64,000 nucleotides of DNA. Source: Laetmonice hystrix. Lineage: Eukaryota. The stretch is taken from positions 54,686,001 through 54,750,000 of the forward strand of contig OZ249436.1 in assembly GCA_965235115.1 (NCBI GenBank), in the 5' to 3' direction. Shown piece by piece: positions 61,628-64,000 of the stretch; the first letter of the stretch is position 1, and each line of letters opens with the position of its first letter. The notes under the pieces are model-generated. The model searched no databases and was not told the origin of the DNA. It worked only from the letters and a program-made list of their open reading frames with translations. The translations under genes and the position numbers were made by a program.

Positions 61628-64000
61628 TTAATGTAAGTTATTTTCACAATATACATGTATAGGGTAATGATGTAACCCTTAATATATATTTTTTTATATT
61701 ATGGCAATTTTTTACATTAGGTGTTGCCAGAGTGCATTGGCTGTGAAGGCAATTCAATGATTGGGCAACGATCGCTGCTTGTGAATAATAATTATGCGGA
61801 AAAGTGCAATTGTAAATATCTTGGACAAAGGAAATTCATTGTGTTACCGGAAAATATTATCGACACATTAATAAAGAATAAAAAAGAACTGTCAGTCTTC
61901 TTGTGATTAATTGTCCAGCCGTGTTTTTGAGAGTGGGCGAAAGAAAAAAAGAACTCTTGGCGTATTTTTAAAAAATAGGGGTCTCTTTCTTCATTTGTCT
62001 TCTTTCCTCGACCGCCCACCCCAACTCCTTATCCGCGGATTTCATGCTTACCTTGACTCAAATATAATATGCCAGTCATAATATTCTATACCTAGGTGAT
62101 AACATAAGTCTACGTACTCTAATTGATGGCATGCGATAGATTCCTCCGATTTCTTCTTTCTTTGTTTTTTCTCTTCAGTATGAGAAACTGCAGGCCGAAC
62201 TAGGTCTGACTCGATCAAATGCATAGAAGGCATGTCAACAAAGCCGCACGCACTGGACCGCACGACCTATGCGGACCTGAATGTTGTAGGTCCCAGAGAA
62301 ATTCTTCAGATTTCCGATATGTTTTATCCTTATTACAACAAAACAGTTGTTTTTTTTCGAGTAATGTATTTGAATTCTACGTTGATGTTGAGAGCGTGAA
62401 GGTATACGATATACTGGCCGTTACAACTGCAAATTGCCTCCAACCACCTCTAACAGCTTGCAGTGCGAGGCGCGCATGCGTGTTGATTGTAAATTGTGTT
62501 GATTAAAATAATTGACCCCGCGTTCAGGCTAAGGTCATTATATGGTATGTCCAGCTATAGTTTCATTTTTTATATTTAACAAAAAAAAAAAATACTTGTC
62601 GACATCGACGCGATAAGGTGTCCAAGTGATAGAAAACCATTCGGGTCCTGCCAATTCGATTTATTTGTGAATCGATTGCATTAACCTTAATTTCGTGCCG
62701 AATTACCTTTAAGGGTTAAAAAAATCGATTTTGAGATTTTATATCTACTTTATAGCTCAATATCTACTCTTTCTAAAAATCACCTTAAACGATTGCTATT
62801 GGCACACGTATTGACGGCATATCCATGGACACAATTTGTATCTCCAAAGCAGTTGAAGATAACGACATAATCTTGCATGAAACATTACACAATGACCAGG
62901 GACAGTCTAAGGATGAGGCAGGTCAAGCATTATTTTTCATATTCAAAAATGGCCGCTTGGTGGCCATCTTGGATATAAGTACATTTGGAGCAATATCTCG
63001 GTTTCTTTGAATTTTTTTGCAAGATGAAGTATCATGAGGAGCAATGTATTCATAGTTCAGAGCAAATATAGTGACATGGCGGCCATATTAGTTTGTTGGC
63101 CCCTATAACATAAAACTTTTGGCTCATATCTCGAAAATGGGACAGTCTAAGGATGACACAGGCCACACCTATTTATGCTATCAGTCAAAATGGACGCTTG
63201 GCGGTTATCTTGGATATAGCCACATTTGTTAGGGACACTTTCGACGATTCATATCCAGAGAACACTTCAAAATAACCACTTACTCCAAATGATGAATAAA
63301 AGGCATACATGGAATTTTTGTGTGACTCACTTATCAAAGATGTTCTCACATGGACTGTATCTCAAAAGTACAAAGTACACATAGTTCCCAAGCCCACAGA
63401 TAATTAGTCCCTACCTAGTTGGATGCTGGTGAATCCGACGGGGTCTTGCTTTTTCTCCTTCAAGAATCTTTTGAACTAGAAGTAAACTGTGTAGTTTCTA
63501 GAAAATATGACATGTCACACTCAATAATGTAGATCCATTTGCCACAAATATGCCTGCCCAAATATGGCAGTGAGTCTGGTTTTTAAAATGTATCTCAGAT
63601 ACATTTCAATTGGATCACGTTAGGATACTTAAAATATTCCACAGCTATAACACTACCATAGCTGTTCTTTATATACGTGCAGCACCCCCAAAATGGCGTT
63701 GCTATTCAAGTGTATTTCGCCATTATACATCCTATATTTGCGGGAAAAAGATAACGCGACGACGCATAAGAAATAAAGACGCATGACGCTAACAGGAAAT
63801 ATTTAACTTGTGCTTGAAAACTTTGCTGGGTTTTGCCCAGAGTTTTGTTCGCACAACTCGCTAATCATCATACTAGTTGGCTCTGTGCGATGGTTGTCAT
63901 GGGGACGAGCCAATGACAAACGCGTTCCAAATTGCTTTGCCGTTTATACTCGGTACCGAGTCAGCTCCAATTGGCGTTTCTGTGAGGAAGTCTTAGTGCT

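Noticed and set aside
62700..63240. Imperfect direct repeats (GGGACAGTCTAAGGATGA...GGC..ATCTTGGATATA)
   Set aside because: Likely subterminal repeats of a transposon remnant, with no termini or TSD identifiable in the window.

Overview
Eukaryotic window with GT-AG introns, SINEs and many MITEs, most likely a marine invertebrate animal (inference). From left to right: (1) a minus-strand Ty3/Gypsy LTR retrotransposon running off the left edge. Its gag is split by a MITE, and gag joins pol through a single in-frame UAG followed by an 8-nt spacer and a 9-bp stem, the layout of a programmed readthrough signal. (2) Two convergent SLC35D-like nucleotide-sugar transporter paralogues. (3) A 3.4-kb GC-rich minisatellite. 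(4) A PGAP4/TMEM246-like GPI GalNAc transferase lying head-to-head with a 17-coding-exon FIGNL1 gene. (5) A degenerate intron-containing tRNA-Leu(CAA), a tRNA-Lys(TTT) and a foldback element carrying a 346-bp satellite. (6) An orphan multi-pass membrane protein with a candidate N-terminal Cys/His finger and an adjacent decayed partial copy. (7) A MOLO-1/TPM-like membrane gene whose tail is a translated 30-bp repeat. The most interesting points are the readthrough signal, a possible UDP-GalNAc transporter plus transferase cluster, tandem arrays that amplify a stop/polyA cassette and a splice donor, and a three-level nested transposon. Everything was read by eye with no database searches, and coordinates may be off by a few bases.
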